Positions 5,655-15,585 of a stretch of DNA of 60,968 nucleotides are shown here, one piece after another. The notes under the pieces are model-generated. The model saw nothing but the letters and a program-made list of their open reading frames with translations, ran no database searches and was not told where the DNA came from. Source of the DNA: Candidatus Aminicenantes bacterium. Its GTDB lineage: Bacteria; Acidobacteriota; Aminicenantia; Aminicenantales; Aminicenantaceae. Each line of letters starts with the position of its first letter. Positions within the stretch are counted from its first letter, which is position 1. The position numbers and the translations under genes were made by a program. Location of the stretch: contig JAOUKO010000002.1 in the NCBI GenBank assembly GCA_029882525.1, positions 1 through 60,968 of the forward strand. The letters are read 5' to 3'.

Positions 5655-8018
5655 TTACTCTTTTTTCTCTTCTGTCCCGGCTTCGCCGGTGATGATTTTC
5701 TTGATATCCTCCGCAGAGGCCACACCGCTGTTGAACAGATAGCATGACGCACTAGCCAGGAGCCGTTCGAAAAAGTGTCTTTCCAGCTCCAGCCTTTCCG
5801 GTGTTTTGAGCAGAAGATGCGGGTTGTAAAACGGATGAATCTTTGAGGGGCTCAGGTCGCGCTTGAGCCCGAGGCTTTCTCCGGATTCGAGCATCCGAAG
5901 GGCATCCTCGACTTCGATCTCAACACAGGGAGGCGAGGTTGTGTCATAGCGAAGGAGGAATATCCAGCGCACGACAGATCGCTTGGCATGCTTGGCCGGA
6001 CCGTCGATCCAGTAAGGGTCAAGGAGGGCATGGGCATCTTTGGAGGCCTTGTAGCAATAAGGAGAGCCCCGGTCAAGGCGGCACTCGTCGATATTCAAAC
6101 ATTCGGCATCCTGACAATCATCCTTGCGGGTGATGACATTCTCGCACTTGCTGTTGTCGAAGAGAGGAGCCAGTCGGGGGTAGGATTCCACCGTGTTCGT
6201 CGGCAGGAAAAGCTTTCTTTCCGCGGAATCCGCCAGTGCTCTTCCACCTGAAAACCGGATAAAAAGGATATCGTTGGAGTGGAGCCGGAACCGTTCGTCC
6301 TGGAGCAGCGAGAAAAAAAGCTCTGTTTTTTTTGTCCCTTTGGGTCCCATCAGGACCACGCCATTACCGTCGATATCTGCGGACATTCCCCGGAGAGTGA
6401 AGACGTTGAAAAGCCTTTCTGAGACGTCAATGGTCAAACCCAGGGCCAGGCTGCGCAGGGAAGTGTAGTTGTCCGTGTTGATGAGGAAGCCCGTGTTCGT
6501 CTCCGAGTTATAAAAAGAGTGCGGCTCCCTGCCTGGAATGCCGTCAACAGCGTAGATGATGCCGTGAGGTTCCAGGTCGGCTTCCAGCTGAGCCGGGTAC
6601 CAGTTTTCGACCCAGAAATCATTGAGATGGGAGACGTTGGTGCGAAGCTGAACAATGACACCGTTGATGTTGGCATTCCACTCGAAATAATTTTCGTAGC
6701 TGAGATGACTTTCCATCTCAGCGACCATTACCTCTTTCATCTTGACGGAAATGGCGGGGTCCACGGGTACGGATTTCTTTTCTCTGGTTAGAGTGTTGTT
6801 GAGAGCGATATACTTCACTTTTTTGGCTGTTTTGAGCTGCCTGAGCGCTTCGATGATCCTGTCCATGCCCTTTTCCAGGTTTTCCATGGAGGTGGTGTAG
6901 GAGATCCGAATGTAGTCATCGGTTCCGAAGGCATCTCCCGGCACGATAGCCACCTTCGCTTCTTTCAACAGATAATAGGCCATCCCGTAAGAGTTTCGGA
7001 TCTGGACATTATTGAATTCCTTATCATAATAGGAGGAGAAATTGGGGAATAGATAGAATGCTCCCAGGGGCTTGAAACAGGATATTTTGGGGATGGTCTG
7101 GAGCCTCATCAGGGCGTAGTTCCGTCGTCTCTGCAGCTCCGATCTCATCTTGGAGACTTCATGCTGGGGGCCGGCCAGGGCTTCCAGGCTTGCCATCTGG
7201 GAGATCGAGCAGGCGTTGGAGGTGGTGTGGCTCTGAACCCTGCCCATGGCCCCGATGATCTCTCCAGGTCCGGCCGCGTAGCCGATTCTCCATCCGGTCA
7301 TGGAGTAAGCCTTGGAAACTCCGTTGATGATGATGGTCTTCTTTTTGACGTCCTCCCCTAAGGAGGCAAAGCTCACAAATTTGAAGTCATCGTAGACGAA
7401 TTTATCGTAGATTTCATCAGCCACAACAAAGATATCCTCATCCAGGATGATGTCAGCGATGGCTTCAAGCTCATGCCTTTTGTAGGCGGCTCCTGTGGGA
7501 TTGGAGGGGTTGTTGAGGATGATAGCCTTGGTGGCCGGTGAGATGGCAGCCTTGAGCTGGTCAGGGGTGAGGATGAACCCGTTCTCCTCCTTGGTGGGGA
7601 TGATGATGGCTTTTCCCTCGGCCAGGGAAACTGAGTGAGGATAGGTCACCCAGTACGGAGCCGGGATGATGACCTCATCGCCCCCATCGATCAACGCCTG
7701 GAAAAGATGGTAAAGGGAGCTCTTTGCTCCCGGGGAAACGATGACTTCCTCTTTGGTGTAGGAAAGACCGAAGTCTTCTTTCAGTCTGTTGATGATGGCC
7801 TGCTTGAGAGCCGGGATTCCTTCGTTGGGCGTGTATTTGGTTATGTTATCTTTGATGGCCTTGATGCCTGCCTCTTTCACGTTGTCCGGAGTGAAAAAAT
7901 CTGGCTCCCCGATGCTGAGGTCCACGATGTCAATCCCCTCATCCTTCATAGACTTGGCTTTGGCGGAGATCTTGAGGGTTGGGGATGCGCCGATTTGACT
8001 CGCTTTATCTGAGATCAT
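5655..8018 (-). CDS. Class I/II PLP aminotransferase (aspartate aminotransferase-like) fused to a ~390-aa C-terminal P-loop kinase-like domain
   Basis: N-terminal ~395 aa: IGEPDF, NPSNPTG and SKAYSMTGWRIGY (PLP lysine). The C-terminal part carries LMGPKGTKKTE (P-loop, nt 6323-6346) followed by HSNDILF, an arrangement like HprK/PEPCK-fold kinases. It is one uninterrupted 787-codon ORF. Confidence 0.7.
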   Translation of the reverse strand: MISDKASQIGASPTLKISAKAKSMKDEGIDIVDLSIGEPDFFTPDNVKEAGIKAIKDNITKYTPNEGIPALKQAIINRLKEDFGLSYTKEEVIVSPGAKSSLYHLFQALIDGGDEVIIPAPYWVTYPHSVSLAEGKAIIIPTKEENGFILTPDQLKAAISPATKAIILNNPSNPTGAAYKRHELEAIADIILDEDIFVVADEIYDKFVYDDFKFVSFASLGEDVKKKTIIINGVSKAYSMTGWRIGYAAGPGEIIGAMGRVQSHTTSNACSISQMASLEALAGPQHEVSKMRSELQRRRNYALMRLQTIPKISCFKPLGAFYLFPNFSSYYDKEFNNVQIRNSYGMAYYLLKEAKVAIVPGDAFGTDDYIRISYTTSMENLEKGMDRIIEALRQLKTAKKVKYIALNNTLTREKKSVPVDPAISVKMKEVMVAEMESHLSYENYFEWNANINGVIVQLRTNVSHLNDFWVENWYPAQLEADLEPHGIIYAVDGIPGREPHSFYNSETNTGFLINTDNYTSLRSLALGLTIDVSERLFNVFTLRGMSADIDGNGVVLMGPKGTKKTELFFSLLQDERFRLHSNDILFIRFSGGRALADSAERKLFLPTNTVESYPRLAPLFDNSKCENVITRKDDCQDAECLNIDECRLDRGSPYCYKASKDAHALLDPYWIDGPAKHAKRSVVRWIFLLRYDTTSPPCVEIEVEDALRMLESGESLGLKRDLSPSKIHPFYNPHLLLKTPERLELERHFFERLLASASCYLFNSGVASAEDIKKIITGEAGTEEKKE

Positions 8019-8042
8019 GGTCGACCTACTCTTTAGAGAAGA

Positions 8043-9452
8043 TTATTCTTCTTCTTTCTTTTCAGGAGTGAGTTTGTCTTTGAGGTATTTTTTCAGGTCA
8101 ACGCCGGTCAGGGACTTCACAACTTCGGGCATCTGAGCCAGGACTTCGGCGACCTGGGAAGTCAGCTTTGATGTGCCCAACCCTTTGTCGCCGCTGACTA
8201 TCACGATCTTGTCCACCTTGGAGAGGGGTTCGGATACAGACTTTGCCAGTTCAGGGAGGATTTTCATGTAGGATTCGAAGAGGGCGGCATCGTTGTATCT
8301 CTCCCAGGCCTGAGCCTTTTTGAGCATGGATTCAGCCTCTGCTGTGCCCATCTGTTTGAGCTTTTCCGCTTCAGCCACACCTTCGAGCTTGGTGGCCTCT
8401 GCCTTGCCTTTGGCTTCGGTCAGGATGCGGTATTCTTCTGCTTCGGCTTCGGCTTTGAGCTGGTACTTCCTTGCATCGGCGGGCTTGATCACACTGGACT
8501 CCAACTCTTTTTGTCTGCGGGCGATTTCCAGCTCTTCGATTTTTATCGCTTCTCCTTTTTCGATGAGCATGGCCTTGGCTTCTTCCTTATTGAGCTCCTG
8601 GCTGATGCGGAAACGTTCCAGCTCGTAGGAGAGGTCGGATTGGGCTTTTTTCTGGTTGACCAGGACCTGGGATTCGGCTTTTTTGGCTTCGTTTTCCCAT
8701 TGGGCCTTGGCGATAAGGGCCTCGGCAGCCAGGCGGGCCACTTCTCCCTCCTTCCGTGCCTGGGAGGATTTGATTATGGCTTCCTTATCCGTCTCGGCTT
8801 CGGCGATGGCAGCGTCGCGTTTGGCTGCCGCGATCTCGGGCTTCCCCAGGGCATCAAGATAACCCTGGGTGTCGCTGATGTCCTTCAGAGCAAAGGACAT
8901 CATGGTCAGTCCCATCTTGGCAAAATCCTTTCGGGTAGCCTCTGTAACCTTGTCTGAAAACTCATGTCTTCCTCTGTAGATCTGCTCAACTGTCATGGCG
9001 CCCATGACCTCTCTCGTCTTCCCTTCGAGGATGGTCATGGAGACGTCTCTGATGCCTTCTTTGCCCATACCTAAGAACTGCTCGGCTGCGAGACGAATGG
9101 AACGGTCTGAAGAGTCGATCTTGACCTGGGCAGTGGCCTCAGCCATGATCGGGACTCCTCCGTGAGTGAGGACCTCAGGAGTCTTGATGTTCAGAGTGAT
9201 GACCTCCATGGGCAGGATGTTAACAGCCTCAAGGAAGGGGATGACAAATGTGCCGCCACCGAGGCGATAACGGTAGCCGACCTTTCTTTTGGTGCCATCC
9301 GGTTCGATAACGGCTCTTTTCCGTCCTCCCGAAATGATAAGGACTTCGTTGGGGCCGACTTTGCGATACTGTTTAGCGATAAGGATTGAGATAAGGATTA
9401 TAACGATGAGTATGATGCCTATTATGATAAGGGTTGGTATGATATCCATCAT
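8043..9452 (-). CDS. Flotillin-family SPFH domain protein
   Basis: N-terminal TM helix, a band-7/SPFH core, then a long Ala/Glu-rich coiled coil (AEAEAEEYR..AEATKLEGVAEAE) typical of flotillins. Confidence 0.8.
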   Translation of the reverse strand: MMDIIPTLIIIGIILIVIILISILIAKQYRKVGPNEVLIISGGRKRAVIEPDGTKRKVGYRYRLGGGTFVIPFLEAVNILPMEVITLNIKTPEVLTHGGVPIMAEATAQVKIDSSDRSIRLAAEQFLGMGKEGIRDVSMTILEGKTREVMGAMTVEQIYRGRHEFSDKVTEATRKDFAKMGLTMMSFALKDISDTQGYLDALGKPEIAAAKRDAAIAEAETDKEAIIKSSQARKEGEVARLAAEALIAKAQWENEAKKAESQVLVNQKKAQSDLSYELERFRISQELNKEEAKAMLIEKGEAIKIEELEIARRQKELESSVIKPADARKYQLKAEAEAEEYRILTEAKGKAEATKLEGVAEAEKLKQMGTAEAESMLKKAQAWERYNDAALFESYMKILPELAKSVSEPLSKVDKIVIVSGDKGLGTSKLTSQVAEVLAQMPEVVKSLTGVDLKKYLKDKLTPEKKEEE

Positions 9453-9553
9453 AGCCTCCTTGGATTAACGCCTCTATAAGGCCGCTTTGAGATATTGTTT
9501 GAGCCATAATTATAATGGCTTGTCGGTTTTTTTGGAATACTTTTTTTTGCGAT

Positions 9554-9582
9554 ATGTTATTGCGATAAAGGGATGTTGTCAA
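9554..9582 (-). promoter_or_regulatory. Sigma-70-like promoter for the flotillin gene
   Basis: The minus strand reads TTGACA-17 nt-TAACAT, about 100 nt upstream of the ATG at 9452. Confidence 0.35.
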
Positions 9583-9739
9583 GGAGGAATTCTCCCTTGC
9601 AAGCATCCTTTTTCCGTTGAGGTTAATATTTTTCAAGGATGGGTCCTGTCACAGTGTGTCCCCCGTCCGTCCTCGCTACACCCATCCTATTTTGGAATGA
9701 AATGGCTGTTATCCCGGATGCTTCCTTCTCCACCTTTCT

Positions 9740-10675
9740 TCATGATTGAAGCATATCTTTGAAGTAGGCGATGGTTTTCTCCAGGCCCTCATCCAGTTTG
9801 ACGTGAGGCGTCCAGGAAAGCTTTTTTTTAGCCAGGGAGATGTCCGGGCGTCTTCGAACGGGATCGTCCGCAGGCAGAGGCTTGTGGACGATTTTGGAGG
9901 CGCTTTTGGTGAGCTTGATGATCTTCTTCGCGACTTCGAGGATCGTGTGTTCTTCGGGATTTCCCAGGTTTACGGGTCCGGTGATATCTTCAGCTCCCAT
10001 TAGGGCCAGGAGAGCCTGAATGAGGTCGGAGACATAGCAGAAAGATCGAGTCTGACTTCCATCTCCGTGAACGGTCAAGGGCTCGCCTCTCAATGCCTGG
10101 ATGATAAAGTTGCTGACGGCTCTGCCGTCATTCACGGCCATCCGGGGCCCGTAGGTGTTGAATATCCGGGCAATCTTGATGTCGACTTTATTCTGGCGGT
10201 GATAGTCCATCATCAACGTCTCCGCGACTCTTTTACCCTCGTCATAACAGGCCCTGATGCCGATGGGATTGACGTTTCCCCAGTAGCTTTCGGGTTGGGG
10301 GTGGACCGTTGCGTCGCCGTATATTTCCGAGGATGAGGCCAGTAGAATGCGGGCTTTTATCCTCTTGGCCAGGCCCAGCATGTTGATGGTGCCCATGACA
10401 TTGGTTTTCACTGTTTTTATGGCATTGAGCTGGTAGTGAATCGGGGAGGCGGGGCAAGCAAGGTGGTAGATTTGATCGACTTCCAGAAAAAGAGGATGGA
10501 TGATATCATGCCGGATCAATTCGAAATAAGCGTGGGAAAAAAGATTCCGGATATTGTCCTTGAATCCAGAAAAAAAGTTATCGACACAGACAACGTCCGC
10601 ACCTTTTTCCAGGAGAGAATCGCAGAGATGGCTTCCGAGAAAGCCGGCTCCACCTGTGACTAGGATCCGTTTCAT
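9740..10675 (-). CDS. UDP-glucuronate decarboxylase (SDR family)
   Basis: [40 protein letters not shown] and [11 protein letters not shown] closely match the UXS pattern. Confidence 0.85.
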   Translation of the reverse strand: MKRILVTGGAGFLGSHLCDSLLEKGADVVCVDNFFSGFKDNIRNLFSHAYFELIRHDIIHPLFLEVDQIYHLACPASPIHYQLNAIKTVKTNVMGTINMLGLAKRIKARILLASSSEIYGDATVHPQPESYWGNVNPIGIRACYDEGKRVAETLMMDYHRQNKVDIKIARIFNTYGPRMAVNDGRAVSNFIIQALRGEPLTVHGDGSQTRSFCYVSDLIQALLALMGAEDITGPVNLGNPEEHTILEVAKKIIKLTKSASKIVHKPLPADDPVRRRPDISLAKKKLSWTPHVKLDEGLEKTIAYFKDMLQS

Positions 10676-10690
10676 ATTTTTTCCTTTTTA

Positions 10691-11434
10691 TCAGTAGGCC
10701 ATAAAGAGAAGGCTCTTTTTCTTGAGCACGTCCTTTTGGATGAGGATGAGCTCTTGTATTCCTTTATCGGCCAGGCTCATGAGCTTATTCAGATCTCTGC
10801 GGGAAAAAGTTTTTCGTTCGGCTGTTGCCTGGATCTCGACAATATGACCTTTTTCAGTCTGGACCAGGTTCATGTCTAAATCCGCTCGCGCATCCTCATC
10901 GTAATCGAGGTCGAGGAGGGGTTCTCCCTCGACTATGCCCACGCTGATAGCGCTGACGAGGTGTCTGAGGGGCATCTCTTTGATAACATTCATGTCCATC
11001 ATCTTTTTCAGGGCGAGAGCCAAGGCCACGCAGGCAGCTGTTATCGAGGCTGTCCTTGTTCCTCCATCAGCCTGGATAACATCGCAGTCAAGGATGATCG
11101 TCCTCTCTCCCAGGATACTGAGCTCAGTCACCGCCCGAAGGGAACGGCCTATCAGGCGCTGAATTTCCTGAGTCCTGCCTGAGGGCCGAGACTGGACTCT
11201 TTCTCGGATGGTTCTTTTCTCTGTCGAGCGGGGAAGCATGGAATACTCGGCGGTTATCCAGCCAGTGCCGCTGTTTTTGAGGAATGGAGGGACTTTTTCA
11301 TCTAAGGACGCTGCCGCGATCACCTTGGTCTTTCCGATTTCAATCAGGGCTGATCCGTCGGCGAATTCCAGGTAATCCGTCTTGATCTTGACCGGTCTGA
11401 TAGAGTCGAAAGGGCGTTTATTGGCTCTCGTCAT
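10691..11434 (-). CDS. rph: Ribonuclease PH
   Basis: RPVKIKTDYLEFADGSALIEIGKTKV, RSTEKR..SGRTQEIQRLIGRSLR and DCDVIQADGGTRTASIT. Confidence 0.9.
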   Translation of the reverse strand: MTRANKRPFDSIRPVKIKTDYLEFADGSALIEIGKTKVIAAASLDEKVPPFLKNSGTGWITAEYSMLPRSTEKRTIRERVQSRPSGRTQEIQRLIGRSLRAVTELSILGERTIILDCDVIQADGGTRTASITAACVALALALKKMMDMNVIKEMPLRHLVSAISVGIVEGEPLLDLDYDEDARADLDMNLVQTEKGHIVEIQATAERKTFSRRDLNKLMSLADKGIQELILIQKDVLKKKSLLFMAY

Positions 11435-12144
11435 TTTGTTTCTTTGAGTATCCTGACTTCTCCCTGACAGAGTGACTTGAATTTCTCGGCGTCTTTCACG
11501 CTGCCGACCACTCCTGCTCCGTAATGCATCGGGATGAAGATATCCGCTTTTATGATATTTGCCGCCTTGGCCGCCTCCTCGGCATCCATGGTGTACTGGC
11601 CTCCGACGGGCAGCAGGGCGATGTGAACTCTTCCCAGGTCATTCATCTCCGGGATGAAATCCGTGTCGCCCGCGTGATAAACCGAGACTCCTCCAACAGT
11701 GATGATGTAGCCGAGCCATTTGCTGCCTCTGGGATGAAAAGGCTTGGATGGGTTATAAGACGGTACTCCTTTGATCTTGATTCCCCGGACATCCATCTCC
11801 TGCCCTGGGGTCAAGCTTCGGACGTCGCCGGATAGCCGGGAAACACAATCGGTGGCGCAGATGATGACGGTTCCTTCTTTTTTAAGGTTGTTGATATCTT
11901 TCGGGGAGAGATGGTCAGAATGGGAATGAGTGATGAGTATCAGGTCTGCCTTAGGGGCTGAGCTCGGGATTTTCCAGGGGTCGATGGTGATGACCATATC
12001 CGCTTCGATGGCAAAAGAAGCGTGGCCGTACCACTTGATGGATTTGAATATTTTTTCCACGTCTTCCTTGGTTGCCCCGGAAGATGAATGAACGGCCAAA
12101 AGAAGAAATCCGGTGGTCAGGATTAAAGCTGTCCCGATTCTCAT
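11431..12144 (-). CDS. Secreted MBL-fold metallo-hydrolase
   Basis: Signal peptide and an ITHSHSDH zinc motif. 4-nt overlap with rph. Confidence 0.7.
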   Translation of the reverse strand: MRIGTALILTTGFLLLAVHSSSGATKEDVEKIFKSIKWYGHASFAIEADMVITIDPWKIPSSAPKADLILITHSHSDHLSPKDINNLKKEGTVIICATDCVSRLSGDVRSLTPGQEMDVRGIKIKGVPSYNPSKPFHPRGSKWLGYIITVGGVSVYHAGDTDFIPEMNDLGRVHIALLPVGGQYTMDAEEAAKAANIIKADIFIPMHYGAGVVGSVKDAEKFKSLCQGEVRILKETK

Positions 12145-12185
12145 GTTTTTCCTCCGTTATTATTAAGATTTAGTCGGATTTGCTG

Positions 12186-13088
12186 TCAATCCTCCTTTTC
12201 GTCGTCTGGCCGCGTCCTCCATCGGTCATGCAGCCAGAACCAGTGTGCAGGATTTTTTCTTATTTGAGCTTCTATAATCTTAGTGCATAACTGGGTGATT
12301 TTCAACACTTGCTGGTCATAGTCACCTTCCTGCTCAATTTCCAGAGGTTTAAGGAATTGGATCTGATGGATAGAAGAGGATGTTGGGAAACAGAAGAAGG
12401 GGACGAGAGGAGCCCCTGTTTTAAGGAAGAACACGGCCAGGACGGGAGTGGTGGCGGCCTTTTTTCCGAAAAAGTCGATGAAGACAGCCTGGTGTTTTTG
12501 GACATTCTGGTCGATCAGAAAACCGACAATCTCTTTTGCCCGGAGGGATTTCAGGATGTGCTTTGTGGCCTGGTGTTTGTAGACGACTCTTGAGCCGTGT
12601 CTGGCTCTGAGCTTGAGGAGCTCCTTCTCCAGGAGCGTGTTGTCCATAGCCCGGGCAATCACGTTGAGTTTTCCTTGTTTGGAAATGAAAGACTGGGAGA
12701 TTTCCCAGCTTCCATAATGGGCAGAAAAGGTTATCACTCCCTTGTTTTCTCGGAGTGCATGGCGGAGATGTTCCTCTCCCTCAACCTGGATTAACCTGCC
12801 CTTTTTCTTTTCACTCAAACAGGGGAACTTGACGATTTCCATGAGAACGCCGCCGAAATGCTGGAATGAGCTTCGGGCGATTTTTTTTAGCTCATTAGAG
12901 GGGAGTTCTTTTCCGAAAGCGATATTCAGGTTGGAAAGAGCAATGCGGCGGTGTCTCCTGTCTAAGTAATATAAGGTCAATCCGAAGATTTTTCCGGCGG
13001 AGATACAGAGTTTCCTGGGCAGGATGAAGATCAGGGCCTTTAATATTTGGAAAACAAAATATTCTGGATAGTCTTTGATGCGCGCCAT
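12186..13088 (-). CDS. lpxL: Lipid A biosynthesis (Kdo2-lipid IVA) late acyltransferase, LpxL/HtrB family
   Basis: ~300 aa with an N-terminal hydrophobic anchor. Overall LpxL/LpxM-like pattern (FSAHYGSWE, FLIDQN). Adjacent to lpxK. Confidence 0.7.
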   Translation of the reverse strand: MARIKDYPEYFVFQILKALIFILPRKLCISAGKIFGLTLYYLDRRHRRIALSNLNIAFGKELPSNELKKIARSSFQHFGGVLMEIVKFPCLSEKKKGRLIQVEGEEHLRHALRENKGVITFSAHYGSWEISQSFISKQGKLNVIARAMDNTLLEKELLKLRARHGSRVVYKHQATKHILKSLRAKEIVGFLIDQNVQKHQAVFIDFFGKKAATTPVLAVFFLKTGAPLVPFFCFPTSSSIHQIQFLKPLEIEQEGDYDQQVLKITQLCTKIIEAQIRKNPAHWFWLHDRWRTRPDDEKED

Positions 13089-13100
13089 AGCGAATTATTG

Positions 13101-14171
13101 TTATATTCTCTCCAGAAGAGAAGAGATATTCAGATAGAATGCTTGTTCCGGCTCCAGGTCGATTTTTAAGTAATACACAGGGAGGGGGGCAAGATCCTTG
13201 TCATCTGATATCTTAACCACGTCCTTTTCTGTCGTGATGATAGCTTCGGCCTTGATACGATCGAATGTCTCTGAAATTCTTTTTACAGAAGGAAGAGGGT
13301 AGGAATGATGGTCAGGGAATTTCAACAGGCATGCTGGCCGGATGTTCTCTTTTTGGAGCTGAGTGAGGAATCTTTGCGGGCGAGCTATTCCGCAAAAGGC
13401 AAGGACTCTTTTCTGCTCAAGCCTATCTCTTGATTCTTGTTCGTTCTTACCAGGTCTGAAGAAGCCCCTGTTTTGAACCGTGTATTCAAAGATATCTGAC
13501 TGAGGGAATCTTTTCTTCAGCCTGCCTTTCGCTCCGGCCCCCGCCTTTTTTTCGACCAGGATGATGCGGGCTCTTTTCAGGGAGGATACAGGTTCACGGA
13601 GCGCAATTTTTTCAGCCGGGTCGTAAAGAACGATATCTAAATCGCGCTGAAGGCGCAGATGTTGGAAGCCATCGTCCAGGACAACGATTTCAAAGCCAGC
13701 GTCTCTGGCCATTCGGCAGGAAGCGAGTCGGTCTTTGCCGACGAATACTCCGGACTGGGGGATATTAGAGGCCACTAGGTATGCCTCGTCACCTGAATCT
13801 TCCCAGCTTCCCCGGATGGTTTTTCCATCCGAGAGAATTCCTCCGGTCCTTTCCCATTTTCCTTTGTACCCGCGGCTGATCAGAGCAGGCTTTAATCCAT
13901 TCCGGACAAGAAATGACAGCAGATTCATCGCCAGAGGCGTTTTGCCTGAGCCTCCGAAGGCAATGTTGCCTACGCTTATAACCGGGAGTGGAGCTTTTTC
14001 AGGTTTGAATGCCTTCCGGCTGTAGAGCCAGCTTTTCACCCGGCAGGCAGAACGGTGAAAAAGAGAGAAAAAGAGGAGAATAGGCTTCATCTTCTGGGGA
14101 ATATACACTATTCGTTTTTCTCTTTCAAGGTGTGTTCGGGATTCAGAGGGAAGATGTGAAGTCGGGGACAT
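13101..14171 (-). CDS. lpxK: Tetraacyldisaccharide 4'-kinase
   Basis: VGNIAFGGSGKTP P-loop and ISRGYKG. The ATG at 14171 is preceded by GGTGGAG. An alternative start at MKPILL (14090) is also possible. Confidence 0.85.
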   Translation of the reverse strand: MSPTSHLPSESRTHLEREKRIVYIPQKMKPILLFFSLFHRSACRVKSWLYSRKAFKPEKAPLPVISVGNIAFGGSGKTPLAMNLLSFLVRNGLKPALISRGYKGKWERTGGILSDGKTIRGSWEDSGDEAYLVASNIPQSGVFVGKDRLASCRMARDAGFEIVVLDDGFQHLRLQRDLDIVLYDPAEKIALREPVSSLKRARIILVEKKAGAGAKGRLKKRFPQSDIFEYTVQNRGFFRPGKNEQESRDRLEQKRVLAFCGIARPQRFLTQLQKENIRPACLLKFPDHHSYPLPSVKRISETFDRIKAEAIITTEKDVVKISDDKDLAPLPVYYLKIDLEPEQAFYLNISSLLERI

Positions 14172-14182
14172 GACGGCTCCAC

Positions 14183-14487
14183 CTCTGTGCGACCTGGATG
14201 CCGCCCTCAGCCCCCGGACCCCGAGGGAACCTGTCCCGTCGGTTCCCCCCGTCGGATAAGCCGACGGGTCCCCCCTCCGCTACGGGGACTCAAGGGCGGC
14301 ATCCAGGCTCGCTCAATAGAGTATGTCAAATGAATGATTTCATTAATATGAGTTGAGAAGTGCGACGCTGGTTCCCTCCATCCAAGCCAAGACCCTCCTA
14401 CCCTCCACCATGGGCTTTGGATGGAGAGGAACCATCGCCGAACTTCCCCATCAGGTCAGATGTTCCCCTCTTCACGGAAATAGAGAT
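14183..14487. repeat. Mosaic palindromic repeat, copy 2 (left-truncated, T'(+B)-A-T)
   Basis: Hairpin B at 14193-14307, hairpin A stems at 14370-14383 and 14419-14433, right TIR CACGGAAATAGAGAT at 14473-14487. The left TIR and outer arm are missing, and the copy ends 12 nt from the lpxK ATG. Confidence 0.8.
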
Positions 14488-14630
14488 TCTTACCGTCGGC
14501 GTATTTTTTTGACATGGCCTTGGGTCTTGTGCTAATTATAGCGGCAGGCTTCGGGACTCAAGTGAGTATTTTCACCCTGCTTCCATCCATTAACTTCCTG
14601 AATGCTTGCTGTGTGAAGAAATAACGAAAA

Positions 14631-15503
14631 ATGAAGGTAAAAAAGAAGCGTATAGGGATGTTTTTAGTTCTGGCGACCATTCTCCTTATTTTTTTCTGCA
14701 AGGAAGATCCCCGGCTTAAAGGTATAGAGCTGGAAGTGAGCTTTTCGGAAACTCCCCTCACGGACAGGCTGTTTACGGATGTCGAGTACCTGTGGAGAAC
14801 GAGGAAGGACTTCAAGAGAATGGACCGGGATCGGGCTGTGTTTGTCCACTTCTGGCATGGCAGCAACCTGATCGTGTATGACAATCATAGACCAGAGATT
14901 CCGACTTCTCAGTGGGAGCCGGGCAAAGAATACCTTTATTCGCGAAGGATCTACATTCCGCAGTTCATGGATGAGCTCGACCCTGAATTTAAAGGGACGG
15001 AGAGTTTAAGGCTCTCTATCGGTTTTTCCTTTCCCGAAGATGAGACAGGCCATTCCCTGAAGAAAATTTATGAAAGAAGACTGAAGGTCTTCCCCCCTCC
15101 TCCTGACACTCCCGAGATCGTCTACGACAACGGTTGGTATGGCTTTGAGATAGACGCTGATACTCACTTGAAGCGCTGGCGGTGGACGGCTCAAGAAGCC
15201 AGTTGTATTATCGACAACCCTCGTCGCGATGCCCTTCTGGTCATAAGGGGAGGAGTGCGGAAGGATATTCTTGACAGACAGAAAGTCATCTTCAGGATAG
15301 ATGGAATGACACTGGATGAGTTCATCCCGGAAAAAAGCCATTTCGAGAAATCATACAGAATTGAGAAAGAAAAACTGGGCGAGAAGGATAAATTTCTACT
15401 GACAATCACCACTGACCAGACGCACATCCCGGCTAGAGTCTTTGCTGGCTCCGGGGATAACAGAGAATTAGGTGTTCAAATAGCCTTCATATACTTCAGA
15501 TGA
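14631..15503 (+). CDS. Hypothetical lipoprotein/secreted protein
   Basis: 290-aa ORF with MKVKKKRIGMFLVLATILLIFFC (signal peptide with Cys). I recognise no family. Confidence 0.6.
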   Translation: MKVKKKRIGMFLVLATILLIFFCKEDPRLKGIELEVSFSETPLTDRLFTDVEYLWRTRKDFKRMDRDRAVFVHFWHGSNLIVYDNHRPEIPTSQWEPGKEYLYSRRIYIPQFMDELDPEFKGTESLRLSIGFSFPEDETGHSLKKIYERRLKVFPPPPDTPEIVYDNGWYGFEIDADTHLKRWRWTAQEASCIIDNPRRDALLVIRGGVRKDILDRQKVIFRIDGMTLDEFIPEKSHFEKSYRIEKEKLGEKDKFLLTITTDQTHIPARVFAGSGDNRELGVQIAFIYFR

Positions 15504-15585
15504 GGGGGCGCTTTGGAGAATTCGCTTCTGTTCAACCCGTGGGATAAGGAATTTGCTTTCCCTGGTCCTATCCCTTTTCCCTTTT

